From assembly GCF_018398935.1 (NCBI RefSeq), contig NZ_CP074694.1, forward strand, positions 3,060,001-3,092,000: a DNA stretch of 32,000 bases. The letters run 5' to 3'. The notes beneath the pieces are model-generated. The model was not told the origin of the DNA. It saw only the letters and a list, made by a program, of their open reading frames with translations, and searched no databases. The translations under genes and the position numbers were made by a program. This DNA comes from Telmatocola sphagniphila (GTDB taxonomy: Bacteria > Planctomycetota > Planctomycetia > Gemmatales > Gemmataceae). Positions 1 through 8,645 of the stretch are shown piece by piece; the stretch's first letter is position 1; the number at the start of each line of letters is the position of its first letter.

Positions 1-1476
1 AAGCGGTTTCTGAAATGGTTCTTAATCACTCTCTTCGTTGTCCTCGCATCAACCGCTTTTGAGATTTTCTACAGCCGACACGTTATTTTCAAGGAATCTC
101 AAGCCGCTTACGATGAGATAACAAAGCACCTCGATGAGACAGATCCGGGCTGGCGCTGGGAGGATCTGCTGGCTGCTAGAAAAGATGTGCCTGATGAAAA
201 GAACTGCTACACGTTACAGAAAGAAATTATGGCGATTTATCCCCGCAAATTCGATGTAGCGAAAGGGTTTGCTCGCGATAATTTTGATTTGGAGAATGGA
301 TTAGTTGATCACCATGCTCCAGAACCTGAGAGATATCGCACTCTTCCCGCTCCGCTACCCTTTGAAGTACTGGACTGGGCAGGTGGTTATCTAGGGAACA
401 GAGAAAAAGCAATTCAGTTGGCTCGGGCTATGGCAGATCGCCCAGAGGGACGACATCCGATTCAATACAATTATGATCTGCTGGAGACTAATATTCAAAC
501 AGTGTCAGACACTCGAGCTATCAATTTTTTTCTGGAATGGGATGTTCGTATTCAAGTTCACAACCGGCGTTTCGAATTGGCCGTTCGAGACATGAAGGCA
601 ATTCACAACCTTGCAAGATCTAATGAACAAGACCCCCTTATAATCTGTATGCTAATTCGATTAGCATTGAATGTGCGACAGGCTCAACTAACACAGGAAA
701 TCCTTGCGGAAGCTACTTCCAAAGACGCCGATTTACGAACTATTCAGAATCTCTTCGAGGAAGATCTGACAGAAAACATTTTTGCTCAGGCTCTCCGATT
801 TGAGCGCGGCTTTATTTGGACTATGCTACGCAGAATTGCTGAGCAGGATGAGTCCGCGAACAATAGGATCAAGAGCCTGCCTCTTGAAGGATTCGCGGGC
901 TTAAACTATCGCCCCTATTCGCTCGGTGATCAGGCTCGGCTACTAGAAGTCTTCGAAAATTGCCTCGACATTAGCAACTTACCCATCGATCTGGTATTTG
1001 ATAATGCGAATAAATACTCTGAATGGTTTGACTCCGTAGTAACAAAAAAAACGGATTACAATAGAATGCGATTCCTACTGACTCGGGTATATGCCCCGAA
1101 CTTCAAAAGATTGGCGTTCGCCTATTTACGCTGGATAGCTCAACTCCGAACCGCAATCATAGGCGTCGCGTGCGAACGATACCGGCTTACCAAAGGTAAA
1201 TGGCCGGAAAATCTGGATGATTTGGTTCCACAATTCCTGTCTGAATCCTTCGAAGATCCTTTTACAGGCCAGCCAATGGTTTACAAAAAAGTGGTTGATG
1301 GAATTATCCTCTACAGTGTGGGCGAGAATCAAATAGATGACGGTGGAGATGTACTGCCCAAAGTGGAGAAAAAACTTTCGGATCCTAGCCCGGAAAACGC
1401 AAATGTTATTAATCCCACCGATATCGGCTTCCGCCTCTGGAATCCGGAACTTCGAGGGAAGGCGCCTTCCAAGTAA
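1..1476 (+). CDS. Hypothetical membrane-anchored protein (5' end outside window) with a pseudopilin (GspG-like) C-terminal motif
   Basis: Frame 1 is open from base 1 ([23 protein letters not shown] = TM helix) and continuous with the 187..1476 ORF, so the GTG at 187 is probably not the true start. The C-terminus '[20 protein letters not shown]...[27 protein letters not shown]' follows the conserved pattern of type II secretion pseudopilin globular domains. Confidence 0.7.
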   Translation, partial: KRFLKWFLITLFVVLASTAFEIFYSRHVIFKESQAAYDEITKHLDETDPGWRWEDLLAARKDVPDEKNCYTLQKEIMAIYPRKFDVAKGFARDNFDLENGLVDHHAPEPERYRTLPAPLPFEVLDWAGGYLGNREKAIQLARAMADRPEGRHPIQYNYDLLETNIQTVSDTRAINFFLEWDVRIQVHNRRFELAVRDMKAIHNLARSNEQDPLIICMLIRLALNVRQAQLTQEILAEATSKDADLRTIQNLFEEDLTENIFAQALRFERGFIWTMLRRIAEQDESANNRIKSLPLEGFAGLNYRPYSLGDQARLLEVFENCLDISNLPIDLVFDNANKYSEWFDSVVTKKTDYNRMRFLLTRVYAPNFKRLAFAYLRWIAQLRTAIIGVACERYRLTKGKWPENLDDLVPQFLSESFEDPFTGQPMVYKKVVDGIILYSVGENQIDDGGDVLPKVEKKLSDPSPENANVINPTDIGFRLWNPELRGKAPSK

Positions 1477-1592
1477 GGGCCAATTCTTCCAAATCAGGAG
1501 CCATTTGCAATCGCCCGACTCCCCTGATAAACTCATCTAAACTTAAACGCGGTTTTTGCTTGCCGCGTTCGCATACTCTCCCGAGGTCCTTC

Positions 1593-2594
1593 ATGAAGCG
1601 CGTTCTTTTATTTCTGCTCTCACTGAGTTTCTTCGAATCTCCCCTGATGGCTCAGAATCTCGACAGTTTCTACAAACTTGGCCCGGACTCCCTCGAAACC
1701 GAAGGCGTGCCCCACGGCAAAATCTCCGGCCCGTTCAAAGTGGAATGCAAAGTCTATCCCGGCACGGCCCACACTTATTGGGTCTACGTCCCCGCCCAGT
1801 ACGATCCAGCCAAACCGGCCAGCCTGATGATTTTCAACGACGGCCAGGCTTTTATGAACGAGAAAGGAGATATCCGGGCTCAAAATGTGATGGATAACCT
1901 TATCCATCGCCGAGAGATTCCGGTAATGATCGGCGTGTTCATCAATCCCGGCAAAAAACCCGAACAACCCGAGGCCAATCCTCGCGAGTGGGGAGACCGC
2001 ACCACCAACCGGCCGACCGAATACAACACGCCGGACGACAAGTATGCCGGAGTCATCTGCGACGAACTCATGCCGGTCCTGAACAAGGAATACAACATTT
2101 CCAAAAATCCCGAACAGCGGGGAATCGGCGGGGCTAGCTCTGGTGCGATTGCCGCCTTCATGGTCGCCTGGGAGAGACCGAACGAATTTCGAAAAGTGCT
2201 GAGCATTGTCGGTAGCTTCGTGAATCTGCGTGGCGGACATGTCTATCCGGAAAGGGTCGCCGAGAGCGAGAAAAAGCCGATTCGGGTTTTCTTCCAGGAT
2301 GGCCGGAATGACAATCGCGGCGAAGGCCGTAACGGAAGCTACGATCAAACTCGTGACTGGTTCTATCAGAACGTTCGTCTAGCCGATGCCATGACCAAAA
2401 AAGGATACGACGTGAACTATACTTGGGGCATTGGCCTGCATGGTACCAAACAAGGCGGAGCCATCCTGCCGGATATGATGCGCTGGCTCTGGCGGGATCA
2501 AAAAGTTTCAATCGACGTGAAGGACAAAGTCGAAAGATCGTTATTTAAGGGCGCGACCAAGTCCGAAGAGGCCCCAAAATCCAAGGATAAATAG
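1593..2594 (+). CDS. Secreted alpha/beta-hydrolase of the 'putative esterase' (enterochelin-esterase-like) family
   Basis: ORF 1560..2594. The in-frame ATG at 1593 yields a signal peptide [21 protein letters not shown]. Nucleophile elbow G-x-S-x-G in '[18 protein letters not shown]'. '[13 protein letters not shown]' and 'LMIFNDGQ' strings are typical of this esterase family. Confidence 0.8.
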   Translation: MKRVLLFLLSLSFFESPLMAQNLDSFYKLGPDSLETEGVPHGKISGPFKVECKVYPGTAHTYWVYVPAQYDPAKPASLMIFNDGQAFMNEKGDIRAQNVMDNLIHRREIPVMIGVFINPGKKPEQPEANPREWGDRTTNRPTEYNTPDDKYAGVICDELMPVLNKEYNISKNPEQRGIGGASSGAIAAFMVAWERPNEFRKVLSIVGSFVNLRGGHVYPERVAESEKKPIRVFFQDGRNDNRGEGRNGSYDQTRDWFYQNVRLADAMTKKGYDVNYTWGIGLHGTKQGGAILPDMMRWLWRDQKVSIDVKDKVERSLFKGATKSEEAPKSKDK

Positions 2595-2633
2595 GGTTTT
2601 CGTGTAGGCATGTGCGTTAGTCATTTGAGGATG

Positions 2634-2658
2634 GGAGGGTGCAATCCCCGCAACCTCC
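2634..2658. terminator. Hairpin between convergent genes (possible factor-independent stop; no U-tract)
   Basis: ggagggtgc (2634-2642) / gcaacctcc (2650-2658): 9-bp stem with one mismatch and a 7-nt loop, lying between the esterase stop (2594) and the stop of the minus-strand ORF (2696). No T-run on either strand. Confidence 0.25.
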
Positions 2659-2695
2659 TGTTCGAAAATGAGAACTTCTGAAAAAACGGATAAAG

Positions 2696-3073
2696 CTACT
2701 TTTCGACGATTTTGATCTGCTTGGCGTCGTCTATTTCGATTCGAGGGACGCCATCCACCTCTTTGACAGTCCCCTTTACCTCGATTTTCTTATCTTTGAA
2801 ATGGTCCGCAGGCTTCTCGATCCCTGCATCCTTAAGGCTGGTCGCACCTTTTTTTGTGATGACTACTGCGAAATTCTTTTCATCTCGAAAGTTCTCTTCC
2901 GCATCCATGTATATTTCACCACGAGCCTCCAGTCGATCCTTGGTGACTTTGACATCCATCTTGAGAGTAATTTCGCTACCCACTTTTTTGCGGGCTTCCA
3001 CGGGGTTAAGGGCGTTGTCCGCCGCGGTAAAAAATGCAAGCGTCATCAGGCACATCGCGATTTTACCGACCAT
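2696..3073 (-). CDS. Small secreted protein of unknown function (possibly OB-fold-like)
   Basis: 125-aa ORF with N-terminal signal-like helix MVGKIAMCLMTLAFFTAADNA. GAGGA Shine-Dalgarno 7 nt upstream of the ATG (revcomp of 3074-3088 = gaggaactgagtATG). The C-terminal 'FKDKKIEVKGTVKEVDGVPRIEIDDAKQIKIV' resembles the terminal strands of small OB-fold domains (inference only). Confidence 0.65.
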   Translation of the reverse strand: MVGKIAMCLMTLAFFTAADNALNPVEARKKVGSEITLKMDVKVTKDRLEARGEIYMDAEENFRDEKNFAVVITKKGATSLKDAGIEKPADHFKDKKIEVKGTVKEVDGVPRIEIDDAKQIKIVEK

Positions 3074-3236
3074 ACTCAGTTCCTCATCGAAGAGCGATAA
3101 GCGGGAATCTCGGGGTCGCCACTCAATTTGTTATATCCGCGTTATGCACGGTGAAACATATCGACCAGGAAATGTCCGGCAATCTCGATGGATTACCTAA
3201 TACGTGGAGTAGCCTTGGCAACTTCTCCTAGAGAAT

Positions 3237-4562
3237 CTATGCCTTTACAATCCGAGCAGGACCGTTCAGCCCTGCCATCGCATTACGAGTATCGAGAATG
3301 AGCCGGGAATGGTTGGCGAGCAACTGCCAGTCTATCAGATCGTGATCGGTCACAATGAGAACGGCATCTTGTCGAGAGACAGTGAATGCAGTCAGTTCCA
3401 CCGAATGCATTTTCTCGAAAGAATACTTCCTCATCCGAGGTAATACGGGAATATGCGGATCATGATATTCCACAATCGCGCCGCGTTCCTGGAGAAGATG
3501 CATCAACTCGAAGCCGGGTGATTCGCGCGGATCGTCGACATTTTTCTTGTAGGCCATGCCAATCAGCAGAATTCGACTGTTGGAAAGTGGTTTCCGCTCG
3601 GCGTTCAGGGCATCGATCAATTTTCCCAGAACGAACAGAGGCATTCGAGTATTGATTTCACCCGCCAGTTCGATGAACCGGGTACTCTGCCCGTGCTGGC
3701 GAGCCAGCCAGGTCAGATAGAACGGATCGATCGGTATGCAATGCCCACCCAGTCCCGGACCGGGAGTGAACGCCTGAAAGCCAAAGGGTTTAGTCCTGGC
3801 GGCGGCAATCACTTCCCAGATGTCGATCCCCATCGAGTCGTACAGAATTTTCAACTCATTCACCAGCGCGATATTGACTGCGCGATAGGTATTCTCCAGG
3901 ATTTTTGTCGCTTCCGCAATCTCGGGCGAAGAAACCGGAATCACTTCGGCCGCCACCCCCCGATAAAGTTCGCAGGCGGCTTGCAGAGACACTGGATCCA
4001 TTCCACCCACTACCTTGGGAAGCTGAGAGATGGAATGCGTCCGACTGCCGGGGTCTTCACGCTCGGGGCTATAGGCCAACAAAAAATCCAGGCCGCACTT
4101 TAAGCCACTTTCCTCGAGGAGCGGCAGAACCACGGTTCGCGTCGTGGTCGGATAAGTTGTACTCTCAAGGACAATTAATTGGCCGCCACGAATTCTTTGA
4201 GCGATCTCGCGACTGGAACGGGTGATGTAACTGAGATCTGGCTCCCGGGCCGGCGTCAGCGGAGTGGGAACGCAAATGATAATTGCATCCTGTTCGCGAA
4301 GCTGGTCGAAATCGTGAGTCGCTGCGAACCGGCTCGCGCGCATTTGCCGAACATCGTCATTTGAAATGGTTTGAATGTAGGATTGTCCGGCCTGTAACGA
4401 TTGAACCTTATTTATGTCCGTATCGAAGCCGACAACAGGAAATCCCGACCGTTGAATGGCTCTTGCGAGAGGTAAACCAACGTAACCTAAGCCGATGATT
4501 CCCACATGGGCTTGTCGGGTGATTAATCGGTCCAGGAGAGTGGAACAGGCCGGATGGATCAT
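3237..4562 (-). CDS. Nucleotide-sugar dehydrogenase (UDP-glucose/GDP-mannose dehydrogenase family; UDP-N-acetyl-hexosamine 6-dehydrogenase-like)
   Basis: 441 aa. N-terminal Rossmann motif 'VGIIGLGYVGLPLA'. Catalytic-cysteine motif 'GLGGHCIPIDPFYL', characteristic of the WbpA/WbpO/TviB/WecC-type branch. C-terminal 'GMAYKKNVDDPRESP' UDP-binding domain motif. Confidence 0.9.
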   Translation of the reverse strand: MIHPACSTLLDRLITRQAHVGIIGLGYVGLPLARAIQRSGFPVVGFDTDINKVQSLQAGQSYIQTISNDDVRQMRASRFAATHDFDQLREQDAIIICVPTPLTPAREPDLSYITRSSREIAQRIRGGQLIVLESTTYPTTTRTVVLPLLEESGLKCGLDFLLAYSPEREDPGSRTHSISQLPKVVGGMDPVSLQAACELYRGVAAEVIPVSSPEIAEATKILENTYRAVNIALVNELKILYDSMGIDIWEVIAAARTKPFGFQAFTPGPGLGGHCIPIDPFYLTWLARQHGQSTRFIELAGEINTRMPLFVLGKLIDALNAERKPLSNSRILLIGMAYKKNVDDPRESPGFELMHLLQERGAIVEYHDPHIPVLPRMRKYSFEKMHSVELTAFTVSRQDAVLIVTDHDLIDWQLLANHSRLILDTRNAMAGLNGPARIVKA

Positions 4563-4694
4563 ATTTGCTGAATTAACCTGGATTTCGTCTTTGGCAATAG
4601 AAATCTCTTTGCATTCCCTAAGGCTTTTTCAGTAAACTAAGGATAAGAATATTATTCCCTTTGCATATTTTAGTGCTCAAATGGAGAGCCGCAC

Positions 4695-7600
4695 ATGGCC
4701 GTGAGCAGCGGTTTCAAACAGCAGTGCCCCAGTTGTGAGGCGTCAGTTCCCATCAAGGACGACTCGCTGGTTGGCAAAAAAATTGATTGTCCTAAATGCA
4801 AGTATCGGTTCGTAGTCGAGCAACCGGCTGCTTCTCCAAGCGACGACGAAGAAGAGAAAACCGAGAAGAAAGCAGCTCCCGTCAAGAATTCCAGCAAGGG
4901 TAAACCCCTCCCCCGTCGCGATGAAGACGAGGAAGAGGGAGGAGAAGCGAAGCCCGCGAAGAAAAAAGCCGGTTCGAACAATATGATGTTGGTCGGCGGC
5001 GGCCTCGGAGGTTTAGCTGTTATTCTGCTTATCGGCGCCTACGCCATGGGAATGTTCGGCGGCGAAGATAAACCGGTTGCGAGCAATAAGACCTCTACGA
5101 GTACACCGCCCCCCAGACCCGCTGTAACGCCCAGTTCGAACCCCTCGAATGAACAGCCTCCGGCTACAGAAACTCCTGCGGCTCCGACCGAACCGCCTGC
5201 GAATTCCACACCGACCGCTCAATCGGATCCCTCCGTTCCGGCTTCTTCAGGCGGCGATCCTACAAATCTGTTACCTAATGAAACTCAATTCGTGTTCCAT
5301 CTGAACATGAACAAGTTTTATGGTAGCCCGATCGGCAATCGGCTTTTTGCTTCCGAGACCAAGACTAAGGACTTCGTCTATCAGAATTTGGGGATCCCGG
5401 CAGACAAGATCAAGGAAGTCGTCGTCGGTGCACACACCATCGAAGGATGGAGCTTTACCGTCGTCCGAAGCTCGACTCCGTTCGATCCGGTGAAGGTCCG
5501 AAATTCTCTCGGTCTCGCTCCCGGTCATTCCTCCGTTCGAAATTACAAGTACAGCCTGATTAAGTACAATCCGCTCATCGAAACGCTGGCGGCCTATGTT
5601 CAGGACATTGTCAACGATAATCTGGGCGACTCCGATCTCAAATTGTTCCATGGGCTTCCCGATCGCAAGATCGCCGCTTTCCTCGTGGACACCTCAACCT
5701 TAGTGGTCGGCGATGAATCGGTTGTCACGAAGTTTCTCAAGGATGATCTGAAACCTTCGACCAAATCGACTTTAAGCACCGGCGCTCTTTCCGATTCCAA
5801 TGCTCCGGCTGGGGATGATTCCGAAGGTTCTGGTCGCGGTGGCAAAGGCGGTGGCGCTCCTCAGGGTCCCGGTAGCGGAGGCCCAACGCCACCTCCAGGA
5901 CCCGGAAGTGGAGGTCCGACCGCACCTCCAGGACCGAAGTCATTTCCTGGTCCAGGAGGCCCGGGCGGACCTGGCGGGCCCGGTGGTAGAGGGGGAAACA
6001 ACGTTCAGAATTACACAAACAATTCCAGCTATTTGACGATTTCTCCCACGCTGAAATTGATGATGAATCGATTGGAAGATTCCCCCACCGGAGTCGTGGC
6101 CAGTTGTGCCTTCTCTCTGCCGGATCTCTCCGGCCTGGGTGGAGCGGCCATGGGCGTGGTGAAGAATCAATTCTTACCAGGCAGTGATTCCGACCTCGTG
6201 AAGAAAAGCACCCCCGTCTTTGGATTCGTTCTGAAGGAGATTGATCAAAAACGGGCGGCTTTAAGCGTATTGCTGGAACAGAATGTCAAAGATGATGTCG
6301 CTCAGAAAATTGCGGCGGCGGGTAATCAATTTCTCAAACCGCTGATCGCCGCTTTGATCGAATCAGAATTCAACATTAAAGTGAAGCAAAATGGCGGCGG
6401 CCGCGGCCCAGGCGGCTTCCCCAACGGTCCCGGTGTGCCGGGTGGCCCGGGCGGCCCCGGAGGTCCGGGCGGTCCTGGCCGACCGGGTCAAGGCGGTCCT
6501 GGAAGTAATGCGCAATCCTATTCAAATCCGGATCAGGGTCAGGGTCCGGACTTAGAGAATCCTCTGCAAGGTAAAGGCTCGCCCCAAGTTCCTGGTCCGG
6601 GCGGCCCTCCCGGTGGTCCGGGTGGCCCTGGAATTCCCGGCGGTCCTCCTCCAGGTCCTGGCGTCCCCAATAGAAACGGTGGTGGACCCAATGGCGGGGA
6701 CAACCAAGACCCGAATGGATCTACCGTGGAGTTTACCAGCAATGGTCGAGTTGTTACCCTGACCGTCGAAATCGACTGGTCGCGAAATATTTTCGATGCC
6801 CGAATCGCAGCTATTCTTGATGGTAAAGTGGATCAGCAGCGGTCGAAAGCCATCCTACTGGCCCAGCGAGCTCACTGGACATCGTTGGCCAAGCCTCTGA
6901 AGGAATTCCAGCGAGTCGGCGAATTTCCATACGGGGCTTTCCCGCGAAAATCCAATCCAGACCGCTTCATGCTGCCTTTCCCGGCCGATCAGCGAGTCAG
7001 CTGGATGTGCGAACTTCTTCCCGCTCTCGGTTATGATGCTCTCTCCCGGGATATTTTCCGGGATCTTCCTTGGAATCACTCCTCGAACCTCAAAGCAGGC
7101 GTTCGCTGGATTCCGGAATTCCTAAGTCCGGCTCAGCCCAGTAACACCTGGCGAGTGGAACTGCCTAGCGTTCGGCATCAGGACCTGGGGGCTACGCACT
7201 TTGTGGGCCTCTCCGGTATCGGCCTCGATGCTGCAGATCTTCCGGATACTCCGGAGAATGCCAAGAAACTGGGAATCTTCGGCTACGATCGCAAGACCAA
7301 ATTCGCGGACATCGTCAATGGTGACGGCGCTGCGAACACGATCTTTGTAATGCAGGTGGCTCCAAATATTCCGCGTCCCTGGATTCGCGGCGGCGGTACG
7401 ACGGTACAGGGAGTTCCTGAAACGAACAGCATGGCTCCCTTCCGAGTCATGCAACCCGATCAACGATTTGGAAACTATGCGATGATGGCTGATGGTTCGG
7501 TCCGCTACATCACTTCCAATATCTCTGATGATGTCTTCAAAGCAATGGTGACCTACAAGGGGGGAGAGAAGCTTGCCGATCTCGATCAGGCTGCCCCCAA

Positions 7601-8594
7601 GGAAGATCCCCAAGGTGTCGAAATCAAAGCCAACGTTCGCAACTTGCGAGCGGGGGAATCGGTTTTGTCCGACTGGCGCGAACATGAAATTAAAGAGGTT
7701 TATCTGAAAGTTCGAACGCCAGGCGGCATTCAAAGTGAAGATATCAAGGATGGTAGAAGTATAGTAATCGAAAGTTTTTACAGCTGTCCCTCGATCAATA
7801 ACCCCATCTTCACCGTTCACATTGCTCCGACCGATTTCATCCTGGCCCTCGACGGTGATAATCAAGCGGATCTGGATCGCTTGATGGGAGCCCTGTCCAA
7901 ACGAGCGATCGCCCCGGAGAAAGTGGAAAAGAAGAAATACGGCAATAAGAACTGCCGCCGCTTCGAATTGCAGATGGCCAAAGGCCGTTATGCAAATTTG
8001 ATGTTTATCTCTGCGGGTAAAGTCGTGATTCTGGAAGTACCGATCGGACAAGTCAAGGATACCGATATCGAGACATTTTTCAGCTCAATCAGAACGGATG
8101 AGCCCAAGTTCGTTCGCGGTTGGCAACCCTTCGAACTTTCGCAGTCGGGTACCAAAGTCACCCTCGAAATGCCGGCTACTCCCGAGCAACTTTCCTCGGC
8201 CGCCAATCCGTTCCAGAAACTGTTCGTTTATCGCGATCGTTTCAACAAGGTAGGGGCTCAGTTCGAAGTCGAAATCGTCAGCGGTACTGAATACCCCGCA
8301 AACGACTACGATGGCAAGAAGGTCGAGAAAGAAATCGAATCGATGAAGCGGCCCGGAGTGGAGATCTATCAGATGGAACCTGTTCTAACGAATGAATTGC
8401 ACGGTTTGCAATTCCGGATGCGGGTTACCACGGTGGATAAGGACAAGAAAGAGAAAGTGGAAAATTCGGTCAACCGGATTTATCTCTTCAACAACACGAA
8501 GGTCCGGGTTCGAATCCGCTTCTCCGATCTGGCAACCGAAGCGGAAATCAAACGCTACATGAACTCTGTGAAGCTCGAACAGCCCAAGAATTAA
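4695..8594 (+). CDS. Giant (1299 aa) zinc-ribbon-anchored membrane protein with Gly/Pro elastomer-like tracts, a DUF1559-like domain and a tandem C-terminal domain pair
   Basis: GGAGAG SD at 4683-4688, 6 nt before the ATG at 4695. CPSC-x17-CPKC zinc ribbon (aa 11-36). One TM helix (aa ~96-121). Pro/Thr/Ser spacer. GPGG tracts. DUF1559-like strings 'THFVGLSGIGLDAA', 'DGAANTIFVMQV', 'MMADGSVRYITSNISDDVFKAMVTYKGGE'. Rho-independent terminator directly downstream. Confidence 0.85.
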   Translation: MAVSSGFKQQCPSCEASVPIKDDSLVGKKIDCPKCKYRFVVEQPAASPSDDEEEKTEKKAAPVKNSSKGKPLPRRDEDEEEGGEAKPAKKKAGSNNMMLVGGGLGGLAVILLIGAYAMGMFGGEDKPVASNKTSTSTPPPRPAVTPSSNPSNEQPPATETPAAPTEPPANSTPTAQSDPSVPASSGGDPTNLLPNETQFVFHLNMNKFYGSPIGNRLFASETKTKDFVYQNLGIPADKIKEVVVGAHTIEGWSFTVVRSSTPFDPVKVRNSLGLAPGHSSVRNYKYSLIKYNPLIETLAAYVQDIVNDNLGDSDLKLFHGLPDRKIAAFLVDTSTLVVGDESVVTKFLKDDLKPSTKSTLSTGALSDSNAPAGDDSEGSGRGGKGGGAPQGPGSGGPTPPPGPGSGGPTAPPGPKSFPGPGGPGGPGGPGGRGGNNVQNYTNNSSYLTISPTLKLMMNRLEDSPTGVVASCAFSLPDLSGLGGAAMGVVKNQFLPGSDSDLVKKSTPVFGFVLKEIDQKRAALSVLLEQNVKDDVAQKIAAAGNQFLKPLIAALIESEFNIKVKQNGGGRGPGGFPNGPGVPGGPGGPGGPGGPGRPGQGGPGSNAQSYSNPDQGQGPDLENPLQGKGSPQVPGPGGPPGGPGGPGIPGGPPPGPGVPNRNGGGPNGGDNQDPNGSTVEFTSNGRVVTLTVEIDWSRNIFDARIAAILDGKVDQQRSKAILLAQRAHWTSLAKPLKEFQRVGEFPYGAFPRKSNPDRFMLPFPADQRVSWMCELLPALGYDALSRDIFRDLPWNHSSNLKAGVRWIPEFLSPAQPSNTWRVELPSVRHQDLGATHFVGLSGIGLDAADLPDTPENAKKLGIFGYDRKTKFADIVNGDGAANTIFVMQVAPNIPRPWIRGGGTTVQGVPETNSMAPFRVMQPDQRFGNYAMMADGSVRYITSNISDDVFKAMVTYKGGEKLADLDQAAPKEDPQGVEIKANVRNLRAGESVLSDWREHEIKEVYLKVRTPGGIQSEDIKDGRSIVIESFYSCPSINNPIFTVHIAPTDFILALDGDNQADLDRLMGALSKRAIAPEKVEKKKYGNKNCRRFELQMAKGRYANLMFISAGKVVILEVPIGQVKDTDIETFFSSIRTDEPKFVRGWQPFELSQSGTKVTLEMPATPEQLSSAANPFQKLFVYRDRFNKVGAQFEVEIVSGTEYPANDYDGKKVEKEIESMKRPGVEIYQMEPVLTNELHGLQFRMRVTTVDKDKKEKVENSVNRIYLFNNTKVRVRIRFSDLATEAEIKRYMNSVKLEQPKN
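5815..6000 (+). repeat. In-frame Gly/Pro low-complexity tract 1 (GPGSGGPT / PGGPGG units)
   Basis: Translation: GSGRGGKGGGAPQGPGSGGPTPPPGPGSGGPTAPPGPKSFPGPGGPGGPGGPGGRGG. Degenerate tandem units at DNA level (ggtcc/ggagg/ccggg words). Confidence 0.8.
6390..6720 (+). repeat. In-frame Gly/Pro low-complexity tract 2
   Basis: Translation: NGGGRGPGGFPNGPGVPGGPGGPGGPGGPGRPGQGGPGS...VPGPGGPPGGPGGPGIPGGPPPGPGVPNRNGGGPNGG. Confidence 0.8.
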
Positions 8595-8615
8595 GTTCTC
8601 AAAGCACCCACATAG

Positions 8616-8645
8616 AGCCACGATGAATAATCGTGGCTTTTTTTA
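8616..8645 (+). terminator. Rho-independent terminator of the 1299-aa gene; hairpin shared with the convergent nadB
   Basis: agccacga (8616-8623) / tcgtggct (8631-8638): 8-bp stem, 7-nt loop, followed by TTTTTTATTT. The nadB stop codon (revcomp of 8643-8645) lies inside the T-tract. Confidence 0.75.

Noticed and set aside
187-189. GTG at 187 as the start of the first CDS
   Set aside because: The frame stays open to base 1 and encodes a plausible TM helix upstream, so the gene most likely starts outside the window.
2655-2675. GTTCGAAA string considered as a tRNA T-loop or tRNA fragment
   Set aside because: There are no flanking acceptor, D or anticodon stems, and the region is too short between two gene ends.
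5815-6720. Gly/Pro tracts considered as a DNA tandem repeat, VNTR or CRISPR-like array
   Set aside because: The units are short, irregular, in frame and lack unique spacers. They are protein-level low complexity within a continuous ORF.
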